Shown: positions 18,898 through 27,141, counted from the stretch's first letter. The stretch: 42,399 bases of DNA from an uncultured Bacillales bacterium (GCA_946404585.1 CAMJEC010000001.1:1-42399); one strand, 5' to 3'. Made by a program: numbers and translations. The notes: a model not told the origin generated them from the letters alone.

Positions 18898-18916
18898 CTA
18901 AAAGGAGATATTCAAA

Positions 18917-20128
18917 ATGAAAATCTACGAAGAATTACAAAGAAGAGGTTTAATTGCCCAAGTTACTGATGAACCTGAAATTAAAGAACTCATTAATAAC
19001 GGTGGCGCAAGATTTTATATTGGTTTTGACCCAACAGCGGATTCTCTCCATGCAGGTCATTTTATGACCTTAGTCTTAATGAAGAGATTACAATTAGCCG
19101 GTAATAAGCCAATCGTCGTCTTAGGTGGCGGCACTGGTTTAGTGGGTGATCCAAGTGGTCGTACAGATATGAGAGCGATGCTTAGCGAAGAACAAATCGC
19201 TCATAACTGTGAAAGATTCAAAGAACAAATTGGTCGCTTCATTGAATTTGGTGAAGATAAAGCCATTTGTGTCAATAACGCTGATTGGTTAAAAGGTTTA
19301 AAATATGTTGAACTTTTAAGAGATGTTGGTGCTTGTTTCTCCGTTAACAAGATGCTAACCGCAGAATGCTATAAGCAAAGAATGGAAAAAGGTTTAACAT
19401 TCTTAGAATTCAACTACATGATTATGCAGTCCTATGACTTCTATTACTTACATGAACACTATGGCTGCAATATGGAATTTGGTGGGGATGACCAATGGAG
19501 CAATATGCTCGCTGGTACTGAACTTATCAGAAAGAAAACTGGTAAAGATGCTTTTGCCTTAACTATTCCACTATTGACTAATAGTGAAGGTAAGAAAATG
19601 GGTAAATCCGTTAACGGTGCTCTTTGGTTAGATAAAGATAAAACATCACCATATGAATTCTTCCAATACTGGAGAAATGTTAACGACGCTGATGTCGATA
19701 AATGCTTAAAGATGATTACTTTCTTACCAATTGAAGAAATCGAAGAAATGGCAAAATGGCCAAGTGAAAGAATCAATGAAAAGAAAGAAATCTTAGCCTT
19801 TGAAATCACTAAATTGGTACATGGTGAAGAAGAAGCAAGAAAAGCATTAGAAGCTGCACGTGCATTATTCTCAGGTGAAGGTGATGACGCTAATATGCCA
19901 ACCACTGAAATCGAACTTGAAAATGATATCGGTTTATTAGATTTATTAGTTTTAACTAAATTAGCGGCTTCTAAGGGTGAAGCTAGAAGACTTATTGATC
20001 AAGGTGGTATCTCGCTTAACGGCAATAAGGTTAGTGATGTTAACTTAAGAATCACTAGAGCCGATTTAGCGGAACCAATCAAAATCAAGAAAGGTAAAAA
20101 AGCCTTCCATAAGGTTGTCTTAAAATAA
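18917..20128 (+). CDS. tyrS: Tyrosine--tRNA ligase
   Basis: HIGH-type motif (LHAGH), KMGKS, and a C-terminal S4-like domain. SD AAAGGAG upstream. Confidence 0.95.
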   Translation: MKIYEELQRRGLIAQVTDEPEIKELINNGGARFYIGFDPTADSLHAGHFMTLVLMKRLQLAGNKPIVVLGGGTGLVGDPSGRTDMRAMLSEEQIAHNCERFKEQIGRFIEFGEDKAICVNNADWLKGLKYVELLRDVGACFSVNKMLTAECYKQRMEKGLTFLEFNYMIMQSYDFYYLHEHYGCNMEFGGDDQWSNMLAGTELIRKKTGKDAFALTIPLLTNSEGKKMGKSVNGALWLDKDKTSPYEFFQYWRNVNDADVDKCLKMITFLPIEEIEEMAKWPSERINEKKEILAFEITKLVHGEEEARKALEAARALFSGEGDDANMPTTEIELENDIGLLDLLVLTKLAASKGEARRLIDQGGISLNGNKVSDVNLRITRADLAEPIKIKKGKKAFHKVVLK

Positions 20129-20149
20129 ATATTAAAAATCAATAAAAAC

Positions 20150-20161
20150 AGAAGCGATAAT
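20150..20161 (+). other. Left half of the tyrS intrinsic terminator, separated from its partner by the IS
   Basis: AGAAGCGA followed by taat. The partner arm TCGCTTCT plus T6 is at 21400-21413. Confidence 0.75.
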
Positions 20162-20174
20162 TGAACTGAACCCC
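20162..20174 (+). repeat. IS left terminal inverted repeat
   Basis: TGAACTGAACCCC. Confidence 0.8.
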
Positions 20175-20235
20175 TCTTAGTTCACAAGAAAAAGAAAAGA
20201 CCTCCTAGTGTAAAATTGCATTAGGAGGTTTTTAT

Positions 20236-20538
20236 ATGGCAAGCAAAGGTCAAAAGTTTAAAAAGCATTCTCCAGAATTTAAGGAGAAGATACTCAAAGA
20301 GTATTTTGATGGAATCTATGGTTATGAGACTTTAGCAAAGAAATATGGCGTTTCTTGTAAAACTATTGAAACGTGGGTAAGAAAAACAAGAAAAGGCATT
20401 GATGTAACTGTTAACCATTGGAAAGGTAATAGTGGCAGGAAGAAAGCCCAGGATCTAACGTTAGAGGACTACAAAGAAAGGTATGAAATCTTAAAAAAAT
20501 ACCAGGCCTTCTTACAAGCACGACGAGAGAAAAAGTAA
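20236..20538 (+). CDS. IS3-family transposase OrfA (HTH)
   Basis: 100 aa with a helix-turn-helix-like region (YETLAKKYGVSCKTIETWVRK). Ends EILKKYQAFLQARREKK. Confidence 0.85.
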   Translation: MASKGQKFKKHSPEFKEKILKEYFDGIYGYETLAKKYGVSCKTIETWVRKTRKGIDVTVNHWKGNSGRKKAQDLTLEDYKERYEILKKYQAFLQARREKK

Positions 20539-21338
20539 CATTTATAACTATTCATATAAATGATTACAAATTATCCAATCTATGTGCAGCTTTAGCGGTA
20601 TCTCGTAGAACTTACTACAAGTATCGTAACAAAGAAGATCCTGATTATTTTGAATATCTACTTATTAAAGAAATCTTCGATGAAAGCAAAGGTACATATG
20701 GATATCGTAGGGTGAAAGAAGGTCTATGGATTAAATATGGTGTTAAGTTTAATCACAAGAAAGTGGCGAGAATTATGAAAAAATATAATCTCAAACCCGA
20801 ATATATAAGAAGAATCAGACCAAATTATGGGGCGAAGCGTTTAGAAGAAAATATCCAGCCGAATCTAGTGAAAAGACAATTCAAAACCAAAGGTTTCAAT
20901 CAAATATGGTGTACAGATATCACTTATCTAACGTGGGGAAACAAAAGAGCATATCTATCAACAATTATCGATTTGTATGATCGTCGTGTTGTAGCGTATC
21001 AAATCTCAAAAAGAAACGACATCAAGATAGTGATTGATACTCTAACCAAAGCTTTAGAAATAGAAAAGGATGTACATGGGCTCATCATTCACAGTGATCA
21101 AGGGTTCCAGTATACATCCAATGAATACAAAGCCATCTGTGCTTCCAAAGGTGTGCTTATTTCAATGAGCCGAAAGGGTACACCTATTGATGATTCTCCA
21201 ATGGAGAGTTGGCACGGAATCCTTAAAAAGGAGACTTTGTACAATAATAATATCACATCTTTAGAGCATTACATTCAACTGGTAGAAGAATGGATTGCTT
21301 TCTATAACTCAACAAGACTAAAAAACAGGAACCTTTAA
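20493..21338 (+). CDS. IS3-family transposase OrfB (rve/DDE), expressed as OrfAB by -1 frameshift
   Basis: The -1 frame is open from 20487 with no start codon of its own. Slippery A_AAA_AAA at 20493-20499 in the orfA frame. DDE residues lie in WCTDITY, HSDQGFQY and ESWHGILKKE. Confidence 0.8.
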   Translation, partial: KKIPGLLTSTTREKVTFITIHINDYKLSNLCAALAVSRRTYYKYRNKEDPDYFEYLLIKEIFDESKGTYGYRRVKEGLWIKYGVKFNHKKVARIMKKYNLKPEYIRRIRPNYGAKRLEENIQPNLVKRQFKTKGFNQIWCTDITYLTWGNKRAYLSTIIDLYDRRVVAYQISKRNDIKIVIDTLTKALEIEKDVHGLIIHSDQGFQYTSNEYKAICASKGVLISMSRKGTPIDDSPMESWHGILKKETLYNNNITSLEHYIQLVEEWIAFYNSTRLKNRNL

Positions 21339-21380
21339 CGATTCCTGTCTTTAGGTCTTTTTTTGAAGTGTGTCCGTTTT

Positions 21381-21393
21381 GGGGTTCACTTCA
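21381..21393 (+). repeat. IS right terminal inverted repeat
   Basis: GGGGTTCACTTCA, the reverse complement of IRL with one mismatch. Confidence 0.8.
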
Positions 21394-21421
21394 AATATGT
21401 CGCTTCTTTTTTTAAAAAATA

Positions 21422-21450
21422 TTGATATACACTACGTATTTACTTACACT
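21422..21450 (+). promoter_or_regulatory. Candidate promoter for the lipoprotein gene
   Basis: TTGATA, a 17-nt spacer, then TACACT. SD GAGGTG lies 5 nt before the ATG. Confidence 0.35.
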
Positions 21451-21473
21451 TATTGAATGAATGAGGTGCTCCT

Positions 21474-22334
21474 ATGAAAAAAATAATGTTATTGCTTGCT
21501 TCTTCTCTTCTATTAGTGTCTTGTGGCTCTAACAAAGTTAAGTACGCTCTTCAAACAATCAAACCGTTTGTGCCTGTTGAAATACCAGAAGCTCATGATA
21601 TCGATAAAGAAACCGCTCGTTCTTTAACAGATGGTTTAATCGTTGAGTATGATCGTTGGGATAGTAAAAAATGTTTGAAGAGAGGCGATTTTGTTTTCCG
21701 TGGTCAAACAAAAGAATACTTTTATGATCAAAAAGAGAAAAGAACCACTGTAGACACATATGATATCGAGTATAAAAACATTGATGATATTGAGCGTTAT
21801 TTTACTGAACGTGACAATAATATTGGAGCGAGACTTGATACCCTTTTAATACATAAGCAAACAAATGACTATGGTAATGTTTTATTTATCTCAAAGAATG
21901 ATATAGATTTAGATGCACTTTACACTATTGCATATACGGAAAAAGAAACAGCATTTAGCGCTGGTAGTATGTCAGTATCCTTTAAGCGCTATATTGAAGT
22001 AGCGATGGGCAATTATTATAATCGCTTCTCTGATTACAATAAATTCCTTGAATTTATCGAAGATGATAATTTCAACCACACTGTGAAATATGCTTCAAGA
22101 GGAAAAGGAAGTTTAATCTTAGAAACAACTTCAGTTGCGAAAAGCCCAATCAATATGAACAATATCGCTGTGAGTGAAATCAAATATAAAATGGAGTTCT
22201 TTGGAAACTTCTTAGTGGGCTATGAATATCAAGCACTTTCAAATTCACAAGCCGCGAAGTATGAATCCTTGTCTTTAACTTATGAAAGACCTGAAATTGA
22301 ACTTCCAGATTATTGGAAACTTCACATCAAGTAA
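21474..22334 (+). CDS. Lipoprotein (286 aa)
   Basis: Signal peptide with lipobox LLVSC-G. Confidence 0.8.
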   Translation: MKKIMLLLASSLLLVSCGSNKVKYALQTIKPFVPVEIPEAHDIDKETARSLTDGLIVEYDRWDSKKCLKRGDFVFRGQTKEYFYDQKEKRTTVDTYDIEYKNIDDIERYFTERDNNIGARLDTLLIHKQTNDYGNVLFISKNDIDLDALYTIAYTEKETAFSAGSMSVSFKRYIEVAMGNYYNRFSDYNKFLEFIEDDNFNHTVKYASRGKGSLILETTSVAKSPINMNNIAVSEIKYKMEFFGNFLVGYEYQALSNSQAAKYESLSLTYERPEIELPDYWKLHIK

Positions 22335-22339
22335 TTCAA

Positions 22340-22368
22340 AACAAAAGGAGCTTCAGCTCCTTTTTTAT
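22340..22368. terminator. Bidirectional terminator between convergent genes
   Basis: The sequence is acaaAAGGAGCttcaGCTCCTTttttatt. Confidence 0.75.
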
Positions 22369-23081
22369 TCTTCTACGAATGTGACTTTTCCTAAGAAGGA
22401 AGTTCCACCATCGACTTTGACTTCAATGGTTTCAGGATTATTTCTATCACTGTAAACAGTGACTGTTTCGTTTTCTTTGATTTCTTTAATGTAATTTAAG
22501 GAAATGAAACTTGGACGATGTGTCTTATAGAATTCAAAGTCATGAGTGTCCATTAATAATTCCACATAACGAACATTATTCATATGACAGTTGAAGTCTA
22601 AATCACTATAGTGAATTCTTCTTGTTTCGATTTGGATATTATCTTCACTAGCGACGATTTTACTTGGTAAAGGTAATTCATATTCACTTGTTTCAGGTGG
22701 AAGTTTATTAATGACATCTTTATCAACTACCACTCGTCTTGTTTTAGCGTCTATTAATGCCCAAATTGATGAGGCTTTTACGATAACGTTATTGTTTTCA
22801 TCTTTGATGAAGAAGTAACGCGGATATAACATTGCCATATCTTTACCAGGATAGGTGCAAACTGTAATCTTTTCGTTGCAGCGTGGCAATCTACTTATTT
22901 CCACATCCATTCTAGTAATGACCCAGTCAATGCCTCTTTTAGATAAAGAAATAGAATCAGAACCCACTGATTCTGTTGCCTTCAAGGCAACGTCTTGAAA
23001 TAAACGATATAGATTAGCGGGTTTTAAGGTAAAACGATAATCGACATCGTTATTAGAAATAATAAATTCATGTTGATACAT
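22365..23081 (-). CDS. Acyl-ACP thioesterase
   Basis: 238 aa double hot-dog type, with DLDFNCHMNNVRYVELL (D.N.HVNN.Y signature). Confidence 0.8.
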   Translation of the reverse strand: MYQHEFIISNNDVDYRFTLKPANLYRLFQDVALKATESVGSDSISLSKRGIDWVITRMDVEISRLPRCNEKITVCTYPGKDMAMLYPRYFFIKDENNNVIVKASSIWALIDAKTRRVVVDKDVINKLPPETSEYELPLPSKIVASEDNIQIETRRIHYSDLDFNCHMNNVRYVELLMDTHDFEFYKTHRPSFISLNYIKEIKENETVTVYSDRNNPETIEVKVDGGTSFLGKVTFVEE

Positions 23082-23083
23082 AC

Positions 23084-24175
23084 TTACTCTCCTAGAGCTT
23101 TACTCACTTTTTCAGCGGACGCGAACGCAAACATTAAGTTATAGCCACCACACATGCCATCAATGTCTAATACTTCACCAGTGAAATATAGACCGTTTTC
23201 TTTCTTTGATTCTAGTGAATCATTAACTTCACTTAAAGAAAGACCACCATGGCTCACTTCAGCGATTTTATATTCATAAAAATCTTTGAATGTGAAAACT
23301 AGATGACGGATATCTAAATTATTCGCTAATAGATATTCCGCGATCTTTGGGGCGACATATTCATAATATTGATTTTGTTTAATCACTTTGGAATTAGGGG
23401 CTAAATCCACCACTAATTTGATATTCTTTTTATCAATTAGACGATTGATTCTCGCTGACATATTTAAGATAACAATGCCACTTATTCCATCATCCTTAAA
23501 TAAGATTTCTCCATCTTCCTTATAGACTTCTTCATTATTATTTAATAATGTGACTCTGCCTTTAGCACGTTGACCAGAAATCTTTTTAGTGTTTTCTTTT
23601 GTTTTAATTGGGCTTAAAGAAGGTGATAAGGTTTCAATCTTATAGCCTTTCTTTTTTAAGATATCTAATAATGTGCCATCTGTTCCTAGCTGTGGATAAG
23701 CACATCCACCAGCGGAAATTACTAACTTATCAAAGATATATTCATTCTCATTAGTTTTAACGTAGAACTTATTATCTTTCTTTTGATAATCAATGACGCT
23801 TTCATTAAGTTTGACTTTAATGCCTAATTCTTCAATCTTTTTAGAAAGCATTAAAACGACCGTTTGCGCGCTCATTGAAGTTGGGAAGACTAATTCATCT
23901 AGATAAGTTGGATGGATGCCGTACTTATCGAAAATAGCCACTATATCTTGTGGTTTGAATTCTTTAAGTAACTTATTAGCGAGCTCATTATTATATTTAC
24001 CTATTAAGTCACCCATATTCGCGTAGTTACATCTGCCGTTCCCAGTGACTAAGACTTTTTTAAGGATCTTATCGTTTCTTTCAATTAAAGTGATGTCAAA
24101 AGAAGGATTGTTTTCCTTAAGTCTAATCGCTAGATAAGCGCCAGAGGCACCCGCACCAATAATTCCAATTTTCAT
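23084..24175 (-). CDS. HI0933/BaiN-like NAD(FAD)-utilising flavoprotein
   Basis: MKIGIIGAGASGAY Rossmann start, plus GNGRCN and GGYNLMFAFASA. I chose the ATG at 24175, which follows AGGTGG. Confidence 0.85.
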   Translation of the reverse strand: MKIGIIGAGASGAYLAIRLKENNPSFDITLIERNDKILKKVLVTGNGRCNYANMGDLIGKYNNELANKLLKEFKPQDIVAIFDKYGIHPTYLDELVFPTSMSAQTVVLMLSKKIEELGIKVKLNESVIDYQKKDNKFYVKTNENEYIFDKLVISAGGCAYPQLGTDGTLLDILKKKGYKIETLSPSLSPIKTKENTKKISGQRAKGRVTLLNNNEEVYKEDGEILFKDDGISGIVILNMSARINRLIDKKNIKLVVDLAPNSKVIKQNQYYEYVAPKIAEYLLANNLDIRHLVFTFKDFYEYKIAEVSHGGLSLSEVNDSLESKKENGLYFTGEVLDIDGMCGGYNLMFAFASAEKVSKALGE

Positions 24176-24215
24176 ATGAAAAATAATACCACCTGGTATT
24201 AAAAAGCACAATAAA

Positions 24216-24238
24216 GGACTAGGTTACATTCCTAGTCC
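24216..24238 (-). terminator. Hairpin after the permease gene
   Basis: GGACTAGGttacattCCTAGTCC, followed on the minus strand by a T-rich tract (tttattgtgcttttt). Confidence 0.5.
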
Positions 24239-24249
24239 ATTTGTTTATT

Positions 24250-25746
24250 TTAGTTTGATTGATTCTCTTCTTTCTTATGGAATAAGTGGATTTGCATATC
24301 ATCTGGAAGAATCCAAGAAAGAATGAAGGCAATGATAAACATATTAAGTACGTTATTAGATAACATGTCTTCTAACCAACCGACTCCTAATTTATCAAAG
24401 AGATCTAATGACATAGCAGTACCACCACCTACGGTGACTGTTGCGATTGTCATACCAAAGCCAAGACAAATACTTAAAGCGGTGATTGTGATATTTTTAT
24501 CACTCCAGCCAATTTCTGAAATAGATTTCATACCGATAATGGCAATGGAACCAAATAAGATGACCATTGAACCACCGATAACAGCATCAGGGATGGTGAA
24601 TAAGAAATTAGCAATTGGTGGGAAGAAGCTAGCAATGACTAAGAATGCTGCGCCTAAGAAAATAGTGAAACGGTTTGTCACTTTGGTTTGTGAAACAATA
24701 CCAACGTTTTGAGCGTAAATTGTTAATGGGAAAGCACCGAACAAAGCGGCAATCGCGCTATTAGCGCCATAGATGATAAGACCACCATTAATTTCACGAG
24801 CAGTGGCTTTTCTTCCTAAAGCAATCTTCGCAGTTGTATCGGTATTACCGATAGCTTCTATTGTCGTGGCAATAAAGCAGATTGAAGTTAAGATACATGG
24901 CACAAGTTCAAATCTAATTCGAGTGATATTGATTAAATGTGGGTAATCAATGACACCATGTGAGCCCACAAATTCAGTAATCGCAAGACCATTAAAATTA
25001 ATCATGCCAGGGAAGCAACAGCTCAAAATATAGCCCACAATAATACCGACGACTACGTTAAGATTTTTCCATACACCTGTCATGAATATTGACCATAATA
25101 ATGAAGTAATTAATGTCGCTAAAGCAACGATGATATAGCAAAAATAAGCGACAGGTGTACCAGTTTCCCCTGTATTAATGATATTTGTGATGATAGTTGT
25201 GCCACCTAAAAAACTATTCGCACCACTGGTCAATAAAGATAGGCCAACACCTAAGACCACAATCGCTGGAACGATTGGTTTAATGAGCTTGCCCCACCAT
25301 CTATAAAAGAGTGAGAAGACTATCGCAAATAAGGCACCAAATATAATGGAACCTAGAATTGTATAATAAGCCGTTACTGGATCACTAGATGCAGCGGTAC
25401 TTGTACCGATAGTTAATAATACTGGTACAAAGGTAAATGATGTGCCTAGTACAACGGGTAATCTAACACCTATTAATAATTGAGCAATCGCGCCAATACC
25501 CGCCATAAAGACTGCGCCTAATAAAGCTTGAACACCTAATTGACTGTCTAATAGACCAATCGCGGCAAAGACAATAATGATTGGGGTGATATTAGCGACA
25601 AACATCGCTAAAATATGCTGCAAACCGAAAGGAATCGCACTACCAATTGGCACGCGATTATCTAATGCGAATAAGTTGTCTTTAGAGGCAGGGCCTTTAA
25701 AAACAGACTTAATGCCTTTGCCTAAGTCGGTGAAAAATCTTTTCAT
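24250..25746 (-). CDS. NCS2-family nucleobase (uracil/xanthine-type) permease
   Basis: Polytopic, 498 aa, with a GLQHILAMF motif near the N-terminus. The start overlaps the deaminase stop (TAATG). Confidence 0.85.
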   Translation of the reverse strand: MKRFFTDLGKGIKSVFKGPASKDNLFALDNRVPIGSAIPFGLQHILAMFVANITPIIIVFAAIGLLDSQLGVQALLGAVFMAGIGAIAQLLIGVRLPVVLGTSFTFVPVLLTIGTSTAASSDPVTAYYTILGSIIFGALFAIVFSLFYRWWGKLIKPIVPAIVVLGVGLSLLTSGANSFLGGTTIITNIINTGETGTPVAYFCYIIVALATLITSLLWSIFMTGVWKNLNVVVGIIVGYILSCCFPGMINFNGLAITEFVGSHGVIDYPHLINITRIRFELVPCILTSICFIATTIEAIGNTDTTAKIALGRKATAREINGGLIIYGANSAIAALFGAFPLTIYAQNVGIVSQTKVTNRFTIFLGAAFLVIASFFPPIANFLFTIPDAVIGGSMVILFGSIAIIGMKSISEIGWSDKNITITALSICLGFGMTIATVTVGGGTAMSLDLFDKLGVGWLEDMLSNNVLNMFIIAFILSWILPDDMQIHLFHKKEENQSN

Positions 25747-26198
25747 TAATAATTAACCTTATCACTAATACGCTTGTATTCCCCGTATAATTTGAGACAT
25801 TCTTTACGATCTAATTCGTGAATTAATTGTTCACGATTTTCAAATTGTTCATAGAACTTCTTATCTCTGAAACCGATTTCTTCGGTATCTAAGATATTGC
25901 AGCCATAATAGATCTTATCAATATTGGCCCATAATATCGCGGCCATACACATTGGGCATGGTTCACCAGTTGTGTAGATTTCACAACCGCTTAAATCAAA
26001 AGTGCCTAATTTCTTACAGGCTTTATGGATTGCCATGATTTCACCATGACAAGTTGGATCGTTATTTTTAACAACTTGGTTATGCCCTTTAGCGATAACC
26101 TCATCATTTTTAACAATCACCGCACCGAAAGGACCACCATGTCCATTTCTAATGCCTTTTTTGGCTTCGTTAATAGCCATTTTCATGTATTTGTTCAT
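25746..26198 (-). CDS. CDA-fold nucleobase deaminase (guanine or cytosine deaminase-like)
   Basis: CHGEIMAI and PCPMC zinc motifs, ~150 aa. The ATG at 26198 has better SD spacing than 26204. Confidence 0.8.
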   Translation of the reverse strand: MNKYMKMAINEAKKGIRNGHGGPFGAVIVKNDEVIAKGHNQVVKNNDPTCHGEIMAIHKACKKLGTFDLSGCEIYTTGEPCPMCMAAILWANIDKIYYGCNILDTEEIGFRDKKFYEQFENREQLIHELDRKECLKLYGEYKRISDKVNY

Positions 26199-26209
26199 AA
26201 TCATTCCTT

Positions 26210-26551
26210 TTAGGCAAATAAGATGGCGATTAACGCCTTCATTTGCTCATTGCTGAGAAAACCTTCAATCTCATAGAGATATGGCCCACAGTATTGTTTG
26301 ATTCTATTGCCTTCAACTTCGGCAATATAGTTACCACAGTAACGTTGGATTCTTCTACCATCAAACACTAAAAGATAATTACCACAATAACGTTGGATTT
26401 TATCAGTGCTTATATCATAAAGATAATTACCGCAGTATTTTTGTAGCTTTCCATTACTGATTTGGTACAAATATGGTCCACAGTATTCTTGAATTTTATC
26501 CCCATTAATTTCGAGGATGTAATTACCACAATAACGTTTAATTCTTGCCAT
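26210..26551 (-). CDS. Repeat protein: six tandem 16-aa I-x-x-YCG(N/P)YL-x-x-I-x-G-x-K units plus a hydrophobic C-terminal helix
   Basis: The ATG at 26551 lies 1 nt after the upstream stop (TAA-T-ATG). 48-bp periodicity is anchored on Cys-Gly codons at 26286, 26334, 26382, 26430, 26478 and 26526. Confidence 0.75.
   Translation of the reverse strand: MARIKRYCGNYILEINGDKIQEYCGPYLYQISNGKLQKYCGNYLYDISTDKIQRYCGNYLLVFDGRRIQRYCGNYIAEVEGNRIKQYCGPYLYEIEGFLSNEQMKALIAILFA
26262..26549 (-). repeat. 6 x 48-bp imperfect in-frame tandem repeat (coding)
   Basis: The plus-strand motif (a/t)taattaccaca(a/g)taacgttggat recurs every 48 bp. Confidence 0.85.
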
Positions 26552-26552
26552 A

Positions 26553-27056
26553 TTAGTAGCTGCTTGACGCTTCAGCGTTTCTTTGGTCTGTGATGTTATC
26601 AATCGCAATCACAAAGGCCACAAAGAACGATAAGTCATAGCCATCTTCTAAAGATAAGACGAATGAATCTCTTAAAGAAATCTTCCTTGCAACGTGTCCG
26701 ATTTCTTTACCGTCAAGGATAATATGATAATCGAATCCTAAAATATTTCCAGTAATTTCTAAATTACCTAATGAAGATTGAACGAAATAACGGTCATGGA
26801 CAGACCAGAATTTCCTTCTAATGAACGCTACTTGGTTACCATCTTTATCATAGACCATGGCTTTTTTCACAAAGAATGTCCAGAATTTGTTTCTTACTGT
26901 GTATAGTAAGTTACCTTCCATGTCTTGAACGAATTTCTTTCTAGTGACAGTCCAGAATTTGCCTTTCACATAAAAGACATCTCTTTCTTCCATGTCCTTA
27001 ACGTAGGAGCCACCTCTTAAAGAAATCCACTTATTTCTGATGCTTACTTGTTGCAT
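26553..27056 (-). CDS. LURP-one-related/YxjI-like (tubby C-terminal-like fold) protein
   Basis: Repeated beta-hairpin pattern (KFWTVTRKKFVQDMEGNLLYTVRNKFWTFFVKKAMVYDKDGNQVAFIRRKFWSV) and a terminal hydrophobic helix FFVAFVIAIDNI. The ATG at 27056 follows AAGGAA. Confidence 0.75.
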   Translation of the reverse strand: MQQVSIRNKWISLRGGSYVKDMEERDVFYVKGKFWTVTRKKFVQDMEGNLLYTVRNKFWTFFVKKAMVYDKDGNQVAFIRRKFWSVHDRYFVQSSLGNLEITGNILGFDYHIILDGKEIGHVARKISLRDSFVLSLEDGYDLSFFVAFVIAIDNITDQRNAEASSSY

Positions 27057-27111
27057 ATTAAATAATTCCTTTCGCTTATTAAATATCAATAATGTTTATT
27101 AACGCATGAAT

Positions 27112-27141
27112 ATTATAAAGTATTTCATCTTTAAATGAAAT
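27112..27141 (-). promoter_or_regulatory. TATAAT -10 box with an overlapping 7-bp-arm palindrome (candidate operator)
   Basis: The minus-strand TATAAT is at 27117-27112. The palindrome ATTTCAT-n6-ATGAAAT at 27122-27141 covers the spacer and -35 region. Confidence 0.35.

Larger units (their letters stand above)
20162..21393 (+). mobile_element. IS3-family insertion sequence (1232 bp) with orfA/orfB and 3-bp AAT target duplication
   Basis: Ends are TG...CA. IRL TGAACTGAACCCC matches the reverse complement of IRR, TGAAGTGAACCCC, at 12 of 13 positions. AAT flanks both ends (20159-61 and 21394-96). The transposase is two-frame and carries a DDE motif. Confidence 0.9.

Noticed and set aside
19459-19905. 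148-aa ORF antisense to tyrS. Similar antisense or shadow ORFs are listed at 1076-1270, 3182-3409, 4925-5227, 7859-8077, 9350-9643, 24323-24712, 27945-28190, 32142-32458, 36300-36527 and others.
   Set aside because: Each lies entirely inside a strongly supported gene on the opposite strand. They have low-complexity Ser/Leu/Ile-rich translations and lack SDs. These are typical shadow ORFs of AT-rich coding DNA.
26262-26549. Regular 48-bp periodic repeats considered as a CRISPR-like or intergenic repeat array.
   Set aside because: The repeats are contiguous with no spacers, in frame, and imperfect in a codon-wobble pattern. They encode a coherent 16-aa protein repeat. No cas genes are present in the window.
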